Shown: in pieces, positions 30,845 to 44,109 of the stretch | Layout: every line of letters begins with the position of its first letter | How positions within the stretch are numbered: position 1 is the stretch's first letter | From: the human T2T-CHM13v2.0 reference genome, Homo sapiens | Assembly (NCBI RefSeq): GCF_009914755.1 | Contig: NC_060927.1 | Strand: one strand, 5' to 3' | DNA: 64,000 nucleotides | Made by a program: the position numbers and the translations under genes | Notes under the pieces: generated by a model | What the model was told of the DNA's origin: nothing | Database searches by the model: none | What the model saw: only the letters and a program-made list of their open reading frames with translations

Positions 30845-33264
30845 TGCTGTGGTTTGAATGTGTCCTCCAAGATTGTGTGTTGGAAACTTAATTTCCAGCG
30901 CAACAGTATTGAGAGGTGGGACCTTTGGGAGGTTATTAGGTCATGAGGTCTCTTCCCTCATGAATGTATTAATGTTGTTATTGTGGGAGTGGGTTTGTTA
31001 CAAAAGTGAGTTTAACACTCTCTTCCTCTCTTGCTCTCATCCTCTCTTGCCCTTCTGCCTTTCGTCATGAGACAGTCACAAAGGCCTTCTCCGGAGGCTG
31101 GTGCCACGCTCTTGGACTTCCCAGCCTCCAGAACTATGAGCCAAGTAAATTCTTGTACATTATTAATTACTCAGTCTGTGGTTTTCTTTCATAGCATCGT
31201 AAAACAGACTAAGAAAGAAAACTAATAATAAGAAGCAGGACTATTACTATAACAAATACTTTAAAATGTGAATATGGCTTTTGACTGGGTAATGGTTAGA
31301 GGCTGAATTAATTTGGAGGAGCAGACTTAGAAAAGCCTAGATTGCCGCGAATGGAGCATTAAGTGAAATTATAGTGAAGGCTCAGAAGAAGACAAGAGCT
31401 GTGGAAAGCCTAAATCTTTGTAGTGATTACTTCAGTGGTTGTGACCTGAATGTCGTTAGAAATATGCACAGTAAAGGCCATTATGGTGAGGTCTCAGATA
31501 GAAGTGAGGAATATCTTGTTAACAACTGGAGTAAAGGCCTTCCTTGTTATAAATTGCCAAAGAAGTTGGCTGAATTATGTTCATGCCTTAGCACTTTATG
31601 GAAGGTGGACTTTAATAGCAATAAATGAGTGTATCTGGTCAAAGAAATTTCTAAACAAAATATTGAAGGAGCTGTGTGGCTACTTTTAACCACATATAGT
31701 AAGATACCATAGGAAATGAATAATTTAAAACAAAACGTTGAATTAAGTGAGAAGCAGAGTGAAAAGATTTGGAAAATTTGCAGCCTGGTCATGTAAATAA
31801 TGAAAAGGAGTCTTTAGGAGAGCAAACCAAAGATATGAACAAGTGACCATTTGCTAAAGAGATTAATATAGGTAAAAGGAAGCCAAGTTCTGTTCATCAA
31901 GACAATCAAAGAATAACCATGAAAACATTTAAATGATCTTCAAGGCAAACTAGGACCTTCAGGGCAAGGTTTCCAGAGAAGTGTCTGTGGGATCTCAGCA
32001 TCTGCTGCCTTGTGCTGCTGCAGGACAATGCTTTTTACACTCCAGCACAGCCTCCTTTGCTGCACCAGCCATGGCTCAACTAAATCCAGGTGCGGCTCAA
32101 CCCACCACTCCAGAAAGTACAAGCTGTAAACCTTGGCAACATCCAAGTGGTTCTAATTATGCAGGTGTGTGGGATTCAGGAACTGTGGGTTCATTGTGGC
32201 CTCCACCTAGATTGCAAAGGATGCTGCAAACAGCTGTTGCATGACAAAGCCACTGCCAAAAGCCCCCACTAGAGCAACGTCCAGCATAGCTGTGGGAATG
32301 GGACCTCTGCAGAGAGTCTCCACTAGGATAATGCCCTAGTGAGAATGGACACTGCGGCCACTCAGTGAAAGAGAGGTCACCCCTGAGACCCCAAAACTGC
32401 AGCGCTGCCAGCTTGCAATGCCAGTAAATGAGCGTAGCTGGGTGGGCTGAGCCCAGCAAAGCTATAGGGGTGGGACTGCCTGAGGCCTGAGAAGCCCAAC
32501 TTCTACCACAGTGTGCCCAGAAGGCAGGACACAGAGTCAAAAAAGTATATACTGAAGTCTTAAAATCTAATTTTGTAAACCCTGGTGAATTTTAGATTTA
32601 TTTGCAATCAATTACCCCATTTTTCTGCTTATTTGTCTCTTTCCTATGCCTGTCCCATCGTTGCATTTTAAACAAGTTATCAAGTTATCTCCAAATAAGA
32701 TAACTTGTTTTGACTTCATAGCTGGAGATAATTTGTTTCAGGATAAATTGTGCCCTTTCACCCATATCTGATTTAAATGAAGCTTTGAGCTGTGCATTTT
32801 TAAGTTGATGTTGGAAAGAGTTAAGACTTTGGGGACTATTGGGATGGGATGGTTGTATTTTGCATTGGGAAGGACATGGATTTTGCAGGCCAGGGGCATA
32901 ATGCTATGGTTTGAATGAGTCCCCCAAAGTTCATGTGTTGAACACTTAATCCCCATTGCAACAATTTTGATAGGTGAGGCTTTAAGAAGTGATTAGGTCA
33001 TGAGGGCTCTGCCTTTATGAGTACATTAATGTCATTACCCCAGAAGTAGGTGTGTTATCACCAGATTGGGTTTGTTATGAAAGGAAGTTTAGCCTCCTGT
33101 TGCTCTCTTGCTGTTATGCTTTCTGCCATGGGATGATGCATCATGAAGCCAGTGCCATGCTCTTGGAGTTTCCAGCCTCCAGAATCATGAGCCAAACAAA
33201 TTCATGTTCATTATGAATTACCCAGTGTGTGGCATTCTTATATCTTATAAAATGGACTAAATCA
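30845..33264 (+). mobile_element. Two-LTR MST-type (MSTC/D-like) MaLR provirus: LTR 30845-31216, internal 31217-32901, LTR 32902-33264
   Basis: Two direct-orientation LTRs starting TGCT(G/A)TGGTTTGAATG and sharing CCAGCCTCCAGAA..ATGAGCCAA; PPT-like GGCCAGGGGCATAA before the 3' LTR; internal region homologous to 20780-21214. Confidence 0.9.
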
Positions 33265-34339
33265 TCCTTCAGAACCCACCAAGTAGAAACAGAATAAAAA
33301 CTTACATTCTGTAAAACATGATGGCTGTATAAAAATTAAATAGAATGCCTACTCTCAAGGAAATTCTAATTTAGTAAGAAAGATAACTATGACATGCCAC
33401 CAGTTTTCCTTCTTTATTCCTATCATTGTGTTTTACTCCCCTCTTGAGGCTTGCCCCTTGCATTATGAGTTAGTGCATATAGAACTCAAGGATAGATACA
33501 CAAGTTTCTTTACAAGACGAAAGAAGCTCATGCCACTTGCTTTTACTGAGATAGATAAGAATCTAAAAAAACAGCAAATGCCAAAATATGGCTACCAAAG
33601 CTGATATAATTTAAAAGTTTTCTTTAAAAATAATTTTAACACAAAGTATAATGCAGTTTGACTATACAATTTACATAATAGTTACATAATTCTTAAAAAT
33701 AGTTGTCAATACATTACAGTGGCATGGTCAGGTAATGGAACGCACATTTAAAGATGTATGATAAGCATATTATGCTCAAGTCCTGTGAATGTATCAGTCC
33801 TGCAGATGTGTCTCCACTATTTGCAGATGATGTCAGAACTGTACATTTGAAATCTTCTGTGAATGTGAAATTCAAATAAAATGGCTCTCCCTTGACTTGT
33901 TGAATAAGATTACCTGGGGTCAGTTAAGCCTCTACAGAGCTGAGAGTTCAAGATGCAGTATAAAAAGTCCACAAGCAATGAAACCAACCAGGATCCCAGG
34001 AGCTCAGGAATAATCCAGCCCAGTTATAGGGAGAATACAAACACAGTTACAACTTACTTAGGATAATAGCTATGAACCTCTTGCGTGTACAAGTTAAGCA
34101 GAACAGCAAGATGACACCCAAGCAGTTGAGGAGATTGGATGCCTCAGACACAATCCTCCCTGATGCTGTGTATGGCTCTGGGGGCATGTAGACACTCCCT
34201 CCAGGCTGAGTTAGGCTTTCTAGGATTTTTACTTAAATAAGTGACTCCTGAGGGATAAATCCTAACAGGTACCTCCATACCAGTTTACTCAGTAAGTACA
34301 AATTCAAATTGAGATAGTACGACTGACACATTCAGACTA

Positions 34340-34590
34340 CAACATAGTGGTTTGGAGGATAAGCTTTAGATTCAGGTAGACATGGGTTCATAGCTAGTTG
34401 TGAACCAACTCGATGTATTTGACACGTGTGAACAAATAAATGCTTTCTTGTCTATAAAAGGGGAACATTAATTTTGCATCCTACCCCATAGGAGTTTTGT
34501 GCAAATTAAATGTGATTTGTCACGTAAAGCACTTAACACTGTGCCTGGCACAAAATAAACTTTTAACATGTAAATTATTTATGACTATTA
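34340..34590 (+). mobile_element. MIR
   Basis: GTAAAGCACTTAACACTGTGCCTGGCACA 3' part. Confidence 0.75.
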
Positions 34591-35692
34591 TTAACATTTC
34601 ATTTTAGGCCTTGACATTTTAATGAGATGGATCTTCACTAAATCATGGATAGGTGTTACAGTGACTAGTTATAATTTGACAGAAATTTAAAATTCATTGA
34701 TTGATGGTTAGATTTATTGACAAATACACATTTAACATTTGTTATAGTCAAAAACTTTACTCAGGAGTGTTTATTAAGGGCAACTTGAATCTTCTACCAG
34801 GTGACCATCCTCAGGCATTGGGCTCAAATAAACTCACACTTAGTCATTTAAAAAAGAAACTTTTCTCATGTAAAATACTAAGTTAAAGTCTTTAAAAGTA
34901 TTTCTCAGTTTTAAACTTTCTGTGATTTTTTCTATGATTTTTATTTTTATATAAATCTTCACCTTTGCATTTGTATTGGTTTACAAAAAGTTCAAGAATT
35001 TAAAATAGTTTAATTTTCCTCAAAGATAAAGAAGATCTTATAAAGATTATTTTTTCTAGTGTTCTATAGATGAATCTATTGAAGGTAGTAAGCCACTTTT
35101 CCATATTGTAAGGGCTTCAATTATGATAATAGAATCATGATACAGGTGCTAAAATCAGTTGGTGCCTACCCACATCTTAGGCATACAGCAAGCCATAGCT
35201 TTGTGTCAAAGGCAGGTTTCTGCCTGCCAGGGAAGCTTTGTTGATGCCTTCAAATCTCTCTCATTTTCCTCTGCCAGCCACAAGCAGCTTGGAGCTGGAG
35301 TCTCAGTGGAAGAGGTGGAAATTCATGGGGAAATGTCTTGCCCTAATGAAGCCTATGGGGCCCTCTCACAGAAAATGCAGGGCTGCCTTCTGCTCCTGCT
35401 CCTAAAATAGCCGAACCACAACGGTGGGCAATTTCCAAGATGCGGTGCAGCAGGAAAAAACAGAATGCCTGGAGTTTTCCAGTGACTTGTAACATGCATT
35501 TACATGGAGAATTACTTTTCTCAGAACAGTGGGGCAAATAGAGCAAACAATCCCTAAAAGGAACTGAAGTCCAGGTTTACCTACTGAGTAGAAAATATCA
35601 AGACATTTGAGAAACTGAATGAGACAATATATTACATGGAAAGCATTCCAAATAGCCTGATATATAAATTTCTCTCTTTTTCTCTGTTTGTA

Positions 35693-35716
35693 TGCGTGTG
35701 TGTGTGTGTGTGTGTG
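35693..35716. repeat. (TG)n microsatellite
   Basis: Directly visible. Confidence 0.9.
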
Positions 35717-36094
35717 TATGTATGTTTGTATGAGTATATAGGTGTACTCCCTTGTGTATCAATCCATTTCTCTGTATTGGAATTCTAGTATTTAAGAAAG
35801 CCATTTGTTTGATTCAAAACCTGCCACCCTTTAAGTTCACCCACTGATTCATGTTTTGACTTCTTAAGCAGCCTAGAGTGTCTATTCACCCTTAACTATG
35901 ATAGTTTGTAAAATCCCAGAAGATAATTCTTACATGTTTGCTGAATTTGCTTTTATTGCAAGTTTCTCAAAACTTTCAACTGCTAAAAATTTATATCTTA
36001 TATAATTTGGAGTAAATGCACAGTGATATTATTCTTTCTCTGAGTATGACCCATATTCTCCTGAGGGATGGTTACAGACACGGCTCCTAATAGA

Positions 36095-36360
36095 ATAATA
36101 ATAATAATAGTGTAGTAGAAATAGTAATAACTGACCCTTTCAGTCACTGAGAAGAGCACTTTTGTATATCAGCTGCTTCTTTCTTCACAGTGACCTTCTG
36201 AGAGAGGTGTACATTATCCTCACTTTTCTATTTATGTGTTAGGAAACTGAAGCCCAGGATGGTTAAAAAATTCTTCCAAAAATTACCTAAAGTAGCCTAG
36301 GCCAGTTACGAAACTAGTTTGATCTGGCGCCAAAGCTTAGACTTTTAAGCACTCTGCTAT
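36095..36360 (-). mobile_element. MIR
   Basis: AGGAAACTGAAGCCCAGGATGGTTAA core. Confidence 0.65.
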
Positions 36361-36798
36361 CTTTTCCTGTCTGGTCATCCTCCCTGAAGAAGGGGTTGCT
36401 AGCAATGCCAGCAACTGAAGAGCATTGCTTCAAGATCTGAAGAAAGTGCTTTCTTGGTGAAAGTCACAGGAAGGGGATGTAGTGTGGAAGAAAAAAAATC
36501 CCGTCACTGGACAACACTGGCTTTCCAAACAGGCTGGATTTTAGTCTCCTAAGCAGGTATAGGCGGCTCTGCATTTTCGTTGGTTTGAGGATGGTTCGGT
36601 TCTCTCCTAATCCTTAGTAAAGGTGTTTGTAAATTAAATGTAAAGGTCCTTTCGGTTGAGGAATGGATTAATGGTATTTTAGTTTATTTGGTTGTTTAGG
36701 TTTTCCGTGACTAACTTAGACCTAAGAATGAATAAAAGTACTCCAGGGAGCACTGAGAAACAACAGCCCCTCCTTAAACTCAAATTTCCACGTGTGTG

Positions 36799-36801
<3 letters not shown>

Positions 36802-36833
<32 letters not shown>

Positions 36834-36840
36834 GCACACA
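36802..36840. repeat. (CA)n/(CACG) microsatellite
   Basis: Directly visible alternating purine-pyrimidine tract. Confidence 0.95.
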
Positions 36841-36879
36841 TCCCCCAAGGGAACAATTCTGTTTTTCTGATTTTTAGAG

Positions 36880-37155
36880 TAGTGCTTATCAATCTGTTCA
36901 AAAACCCCTTATTATTATTATTTTATTATTATTTTAAATTTTCAACCTGTTGCAGATGCCTCTAAAATATAATAAACATAACATAATAGAACAATGAAAT
37001 TAAAAGGTATATAAAATACAAGCCTACACTTTGTATTGTTATGACAAGGGACATACAATTACTCTGTCAAATTGCTATGGAAGTTTCTAAACATGCCCAG
37101 TTTCTGTCCTTAACTTGTCATGAAGCAACACTGCTTCACGGCACACACTTGCTGT
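36880..37155. mobile_element. hAT-Charlie relic (Charlie18a-like)
   Basis: AATTACTCTGTCAAATTGCTATGGAAGTTTCTAAAC resembles the recalled consensus. Confidence 0.55.
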
Positions 37156-37436
37156 GGGGCTTCCTCAGAGGATTTTATTTCAGACTATAACATGTGAACA
37201 CATTTGTGTATAAGATAAGGTTGCAAAAATAGCTTGGTTTTAAGTATGTTGCATATTTTTAAGTCCTATGAAAAAGAACCTGGGGAAAACGGAAAAAGGA
37301 TGCAAGAAAGGGGAGAAATTGAGCCCCAACCAAGGGGTAGTGCTTGAGACTTTGTTCCACGCTACAGTATCCTTTTGTTCTTGTTCTCTTTTATTTCTTT
37401 TTCTTTCCCATGCCTCCCACCCCCACACCCCGGCTC

Positions 37437-37733
37437 TTTTGTTGTTGTTGTTGTTGAGACAGGGTCTCACTCTGTCACTCAGCCTGGAGTGCAGTGGCAT
37501 AATCTCAGCTCACTGCAGCCTTGGCTTCCTGTGCTCAAGGGATCCTCCCACCTCAGCCTCCCAAGTAGCTGGGACTACAAACATGCACCACCACACCTGG
37601 CTAATTTTTGTATTTTTGCAGAGACGGGATCGCACTGTGTTGCCCAGGTTGTTCTCAAACTCCTGAGCTCAAAGGACCCGCCCGCCTCAGCCTCCCAATG
37701 TACTAGAATTACAGATCTGAACCGCCATGCCCT
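37437..37733 (-). mobile_element. AluJ
   Basis: GCAGCCTTG...GCTCAAGGGATCCTCCCACC and TGTTGCCCAGG diagnostics; (GTT)n tail. Confidence 0.92.
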
Positions 37734-37949
37734 CTCTTGTTTTTTTTTTTTTAATCTCTATTTCTTCTTTCCTAGTCATAGTCTTTCTCTTGACTATTTA
37801 CTTTGTCTCACACTACAACCCTCTTTCTTTCATTTTTCTCTCCCCCTCCCTTCTAATTATGAATTATTTCAAATATTTCATTTGGAAAATATCAGGATAA
37901 ATACAAGGAAACACTTATAAACCTATCTCGGTTTTTAAAAAAATGGTTT

Positions 37950-39010
37950 GGTATAAACTTTTCATATTTTTGGAGGAAATAAAATATTTTGAATACAGAG
38001 AAAAACAGTGAAGTCCTATTCATACTCCTCCTGGTAATTGCTATGCTGAAGTTGCATTCCTTCCTTCTTGCCTAGGTTTTTGGTTTTATTCCACAAGAGC
38101 CTCTCAAAAACCGATATTTACTATTGTTTTATTATATTTGAAAATTGTTAAAAATAGTGCATGGTTTATATATCATCATTAGGTTTTTTAAATTTAATAA
38201 TGTGTTTATGAATCATCCGAGTTGATGCAGGTAGGCTGAGTTCTTTACGGTAGTTGCTATATGGTCTTCTATTGGGTGACATACCACATTTTGGTTATTT
38301 GGATAGTCTTTCTTCTTACTTAGATGATAATATTTTTTCCAAATGTTTAGTGCCATAAATATTGTTTCAAATATATTTGCATATGTCTTTACATGTACTT
38401 TTAGAAGAGTTCTTCTGACATAGCAAAGAAAGAATGAAAGCGAATTTTGCCAAGATATTCTCTAAAGTATTTGTTTTTTATACAAACTGCATGATCGTTA
38501 TTCCCTCATCTTATCCAACACTTGATGTTGTCAGTTTCCTTGAAGTTTCTCTAATCTAGTGGGAGAGAAATATTACCTTTTTAAAATTTGTGTGTCCCAA
38601 ATAACTACTGGTATTAATATTCTGCGTGTATTTATAGTCCAAGCAGGATTCTTCCTCTGGGAATTGTTCATTCATTGTTTGCTCACGTCTCTAACGGATT
38701 ATTAGCCTCTTAAAACTAATTTGGAGGAGTTCTTTAACTACAACAGACGTTAATCAGTTTTCTTTGATACGGGTTGCAAATCCATTCTCTAAAGCAGTTG
38801 CTTTTTTGAGGACTTGGTAAAGGCTGTCCTTTGTTCCATTTAATTTCTGTAGTTAAACTTACTTATCTTTTCCTTTATATTCGTGCTTTCTATGGCTGCT
38901 TTAGAAAACTTTTCCTTGTGGAAATATGATAAGCATATTTTTCAATATTCTATCTTAAAGGGTATAGAAGATTTTAAAAACATTTCAATGTCTAATCCAC
39001 CTGGAATGGA
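37950..39010 (-). mobile_element. Highly decayed L1ME-like fragment
   Basis: T-rich strand with CTTATCCAACACTTGATGTTGTCAGTTT and TCTGGGAATTGTTCATTCAT motifs. Confidence 0.6.
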
Positions 39011-40789
39011 ATTACTTTTTGCTATCTTCCCTTCTCCATCTTTTGTCTTGTCATCTGTTACTGTTCTGCAGCACTCCATTCTATTTCTTCTCTCTGTATT
39101 TGTTAGTGAATATCCTTCAAAATCTTCTATCAACATATTAAGATTGTTGTTAAAGAATCAGGTTGTGACATGTTTGCATACATTTTAAAAAACTTCCTAA
39201 AATGACGGGGTTTTTTTTGTTTCTGCTTCAAATATGTTAGTATTCTTTCTTATCTTTATAGTACTGGCTTCTTCTTGGCATTGTGAGGCCTGGCCTTCCC
39301 TGCACAGAGTAGAAATATGAAATATGAGAAATTTAATGCAAAGATTTTATTGAAGCAATTTTTCCTTGCTTTTCTAAGAATACATAGATGATATTTCTCT
39401 ATGGGCAGATGAAGAAATGAATGCCTAATTGTACATTTATTGCTCGCTTTCTAATTACTATGAACTTTAAGATAACTTGCCTGGTTTGATTCTCCAACAA
39501 TCCCTTAAAACAATTACGACTATTCTTATTGTTTCAGGCAGATACTTCAAGTCCTAATTCCCATGCATTAGTTGTTAACCCTTCCTTTTTGTCCCACTCA
39601 AGAAAGCAAAACCATTAAATGAGAAAAGTACAAAACACAGTGGATTTAATTGAAAATGAATTAGAAAAGAGATACCTGCCCTACCTAACATTGATAAAAT
39701 CTTTTACACACGGAACAACGCGCAGCACTTAAAATCTAAATTCAGAAGAAGCTCATTCCTCTCAAATTGTACAAAAAATATTCCAAAGATTGATTTTAGA
39801 ACATACAAGCAACACAAATTGCTCTAATCCATAGAAGTTGGTTAATAGAAACAAATTTCTGATGAACCAGTAATCTGGTAAATCATTACTCAGTACATTT
39901 ATTATGTGAGATAACCTTGGAGAAGTGGTCATTTCTGTTCATTGATATTTTCACAAACTGACCTTGGCTAATTACTTCCAATGCATTGATTATCTGAAGT
40001 ATTGGTCAGGTTTCCTCTCCATGAGAACAGTATACCCCAGTTTATCCCAATCTCTACGAAGTTGATTGTACTCAATTATCTTACCTGCCTCTTCCCCACC
40101 AGCACTTGAGCTTGGAATCCTTGATTCACACTATTTTAGATATAAGTGACCGATTTTGATTTTTAAAATGTACTTTGTTATTGTTCAAGAACTTCATGCA
40201 TCATTATAATTTCAGATCCTTACAGGTGAAAAACAGGGTTCCTACTCTGTTAAACCCATTTTACAGTATAACTAGTTCAGAACTTAGCAACACTGTTTCT
40301 CTCTATACGGAAGTTAATCTACTCTTTCATTAAATGACCCTAAAGTACTCTTGGCTTTTTAAAGAAAACATATTTTATTGTTGGATAATATTGACTTTGT
40401 GGTCAAATAAACCCAGGGTTTTTATTTACCTGTTTTCTTAACATAAATTGTTCCCAAACTATGACGTCTCCTTTATCCTGCACTTATTGGTGATTTTGAT
40501 GTTCTAGGATAAACTTTGTTTTGTTCTACTTCCTTCTAACTTAAATCACTTATTAAGTTTTTGTCAGCTTACTTAATTAAGTTTGTGTGTGATTCAGTGG
40601 AACACGTTATTTACAATCCATAATGAAGAAAATATTTTATTCATGTGTTGACAAAGTATTAGAATATTAGAATTATAAAGAATCTTTTGAGACCATTTTG
40701 CTCAAATGTCTCCTACATAAACATTGCCTGTAAATCTCTGACCAGTGGTTAATATCATCTCATCTCACTTAATTCTAGTATCCGGAAGG

Positions 40790-40990
40790 CCTAGGTACCT
40801 GTAGAGGAATATGTGGGTTTGAAAATGAGGTATCTAGGCCTGAGTTGACTTTCCCATTATTTCCATTACTAGTTCCATTACTGGTTCCATTAAGCTTGCT
40901 GGCCTAGTTTCTTTATATTTGAAAATGGAAGTAGCTAAACATACCTAGAGTATTACTATGAAGGTTACATCAGATAAAGGTGTAGGTGTT
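40790..40990 (+). mobile_element. MIR with internal 12-bp tandem (TTCCATTACTRG, 40861-40892)
   Basis: GCCTAGTTTCTTTATATTTGAAAATGG core; tandem directly visible. Confidence 0.6.
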
Positions 40991-41207
40991 GTTTACCTAA
41001 TTAGAAATTGATCAATGTTAGTTCCTACCTTTATTTTTGGCAACTTCAGTCAGTACTATGCAAAAAATCAACACATGTAGGAGTTGGTGAGCACATTCAG
41101 ATGAAGTGATTTTCCTTAAAAATAGTGCAAGCATGGAAGCCAGCATCTCAAATGTTAAAATGCCACAGCAAAAGAGCAGCATGTGAGTTAGCTTAAGAAT
41201 AAATGTG

Positions 41208-41531
41208 GGCCAGGTGCGGTGGCTCATGCCTGTAATCCCAACACTTTGGGAGGCTGAGGCAGGCAGATCACTTGAGGTAAGGAGTTGGAGACCAGCCCTG
41301 TCAACATGGTGAAACCCTGTTTCTACTAAAAATACAAAAATTAGCCAGGTGTGGTGGCGGGCGCCTGCAGTCCCAACTACTTGGGAGGCTGAGGCACGAC
41401 AATCACTTGAACCTGGGAGGCAAGAGGTTGCAGTGAGCCCTGGGAGGTGGAGGCTGCAGCAAGCCAAGATCACGCAACTGCACTCCAGCCTGGGGGACAG
41501 AGCCAGACTCCATCTGAAAAAAAAAAAAAAA
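41208..41531 (+). mobile_element. AluS with ~27-bp internal duplication
   Basis: TSD AAGAATAAATG at 41195-41205 and 41532-41542. Confidence 0.95.
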
Positions 41532-42049
41532 AAGAATAAATGCTAATATTGCAGGTACCTCTTGCCCTTCCCAGCCGTGTTAACATAAAAGGCTGTCTGA
41601 TTTAAGACTGAATTTACTTTGCTGAGGGGCCATCAGTGATAAAAAGCTGAGAATCAGTGTTGAGAAGCTGAATTTTCCTTCATCAAAGACTACAAAGTCT
41701 GACTCACAGCTTGTGCCACTTTGCTGTCTGTGATAGTAACAAAGGTGATACAGGCAATGCTGGACAACGATTGCTCAAGAAATAAATTGGACAGGTGGAT
41801 GAAATCTCGCTGAGCCTTTCTATGCTTGATGTGTTAAGATAAATTGCATAGGCATTTTCAAATTGTAGAAATGATCATATTGTTTTTTGAACCATTTCTA
41901 ATGAGTCTTATGATCTGAAGCATTCTCCGCTATGTATTGCTCCTCAGGTCTTCAGCAGTGAGTCAATTACCTTTGAAATGAAGCTGACAAGAGGAATCTG
42001 CTAATGGCAGGACACTATTACTAGACCTCACATTAGTGACCAAACTTGA

Positions 42050-42216
42050 GTGCCTTGTTCCTTAGAGTGTGGTCCATGGACTACCAGCATGTAGTAGTAC
42101 CTGGGAGCTTTGAGAAAGGCATCATCTCCCGCCCCATCCCAGGCCTCCTGGGTCTGAATCTATGTTTCTAACAAGATCCTCAGATGAGTCACGTACACGT
42201 ACACCATTGAGAAAGT
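42050..42216. mobile_element. MER5A relic
   Basis: AGTGTGGTCCATGGAC...CCTGGGAGCTT...CTAACAAGATCCTCAGATGA. Confidence 0.75.
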
Positions 42217-43314
42217 TTGTACCTTGTTCCTGCCTCCTGAGATTCTGCATCAACCATTCTGTCATAGGGCTCAGGAATCAACAGTTTTAAATAAAGCACA
42301 TTGTCTTCAGATCACACGTTGAACAGATCTGTTCTTAATTCACTCTTTCTCCTTTTGCCTTGGGGGCATTTCCTCTGGGAAAAGCTGGAAGACTGGAAAC
42401 TTAAAGTGTTTATGTTCTCTGGTCAGCTCCTCTCTAAGCCTGCGCTACTTCAGTAGCACCACTGTGTGCTTTATCAATGCACTTTAATATCTAGCCTTGA
42501 AAGCAACAATGGCATAAACTTGCTTATATGCCTGTGTGTACACGTACATTCACTTTGGTTTTAGTTTGTACATTTTCTAGGTACCTAGAAAGAATACGCT
42601 AGAGTAATTGAAGCACGATTGTTTTTTGGAGAAAATAAAACTCTGTTAAATAAATAGACACATTTCTTTAAATGTTGAAAACTCCCCCCAGAGTCTGTGA
42701 GTGCCAATAGAAGCAGAGCCTGTCTCTGCAAAGTAAATTGAATGTGTTTAATCAAATTACTCCAGGGAGATTCATCAGCAGTAGAATGCAGTGGGAGGTG
42801 ACCTTCTGTCAGGGTTCCAGTTTGCTTGCTAATGTTTTCTGTGTTATTTTTTTAAGGTGGGTGGTAAAAGCCAATTGATTCTGGACTATCTATGCCAATC
42901 TTCATTCCCATCTATGGAAAGCCCAGCCAAGTTTGAAAGGCTAAAAGGAGTAGATTTAGAATTAAAGGGGAAGGAGAAGAAATGCATTACAACAGAGAGA
43001 AACCTGGAGGAATTACACTGAGAAAATGTGCAGAAGGATAAGTTTACTTGTTGAGATAAATGTTTTATTTACTCCTTTAAAGGGACGAATGCGCATGAAG
43101 GAACATGCCCCAATATGCACATGAACCAAGTGCTTAGAGAAATGCAATTATAATAGTAAAATGCCAAACTTGGTAGAATGCTTGGATATCATATGGCTCG
43201 TCTTCTGTTCGTAGATGTGATAACTGAGTCCCAGAGGGAAGTGATCTCACTAAAAATATCTAAGAATTAAGAAAGAGAGCTAGAAATCGAATCCTTATCT
43301 CTTGAGTTTATTCT

Positions 43315-43760
43315 AAAAACTCGGGAGTCATCCTGTCTCCTTTCTCTCCCTTATGACTCTTTTAATCTGTTGATAAGTTCTGCCATTTGTATTTCCAAAC
43401 CTCCTCATGGCACCCACTGTCCACCTTGAGATGACCTAAGTTCAAGCCACCATCCTTGGCTCCCTTCCCTCCACATCCAGTTACACTGGCTGCCTTTCAG
43501 TTCTTCTAACCTGCCAGACTGTTTCTCACCACAGAGACTTTGCACAGGCAATTTCCTCTGTTTCCTTTTCCATTGGCAACAACTTCTCTGGCGGTTCCCT
43601 CTTATGGTTCAGTTTAAACGTCTTCTCCATGAAGCTAGTGCTAAAACGTTTTACATGCGTCTTTCTTGTTAGTCCTATCAACACATGCTTAATATTATCA
43701 CTGCATTGATCACAACCTATTATCCAGAATTTTCAGTCTTCCCTGCTACAATAGATTGTT
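43315..43760 (+). mobile_element. L2a-like fragment
   Basis: GGAGTCATCCT; CCAGTTACACTGGCTGCCTTTCAGTTC...ACTTTGCACA. Confidence 0.65.
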
Positions 43761-43775
43761 AAATATCAAAATAAT

Positions 43776-43893
43776 TAGGATGGCCATTTAATCTGTGGTG
43801 CAAACTCAGATACTTTTGAGAATGAAAGGGGTGCTATTAATAACTATGCCAGCACCACGGACTTGAGGCAAAACAAGGTAGACATATGGACAG
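43776..43893. mobile_element. MER81-like hAT relic
   Basis: ACTTTTGAGAATGAAAGGGGTGCTATTAATAA. Confidence 0.7.
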
Positions 43894-44109
43894 GGGAGTC
43901 ATACTGATATTCTGGTGGGGAAAGAGTGTTTGTTCATTTGTGATTTTTTTCTAGGCAAGGAGAGACACAATAACTACAGCAGAGTTTAAAACTTTACCGA
44001 GAAAAAAAGAAATGCTCCACGCTTGACTTGCTGCACAGAGATATTTTAGTTCTACTTTAGGGCTGAAGAGCTTTAGGGAAGAAAGGGACATTTAAAAATA
44101 ATATTTTGG

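Noticed and set aside
35401-35410. MEF2-like CCTAAAATAG
   Set aside because: One base short of the YTA(W)4TAR consensus
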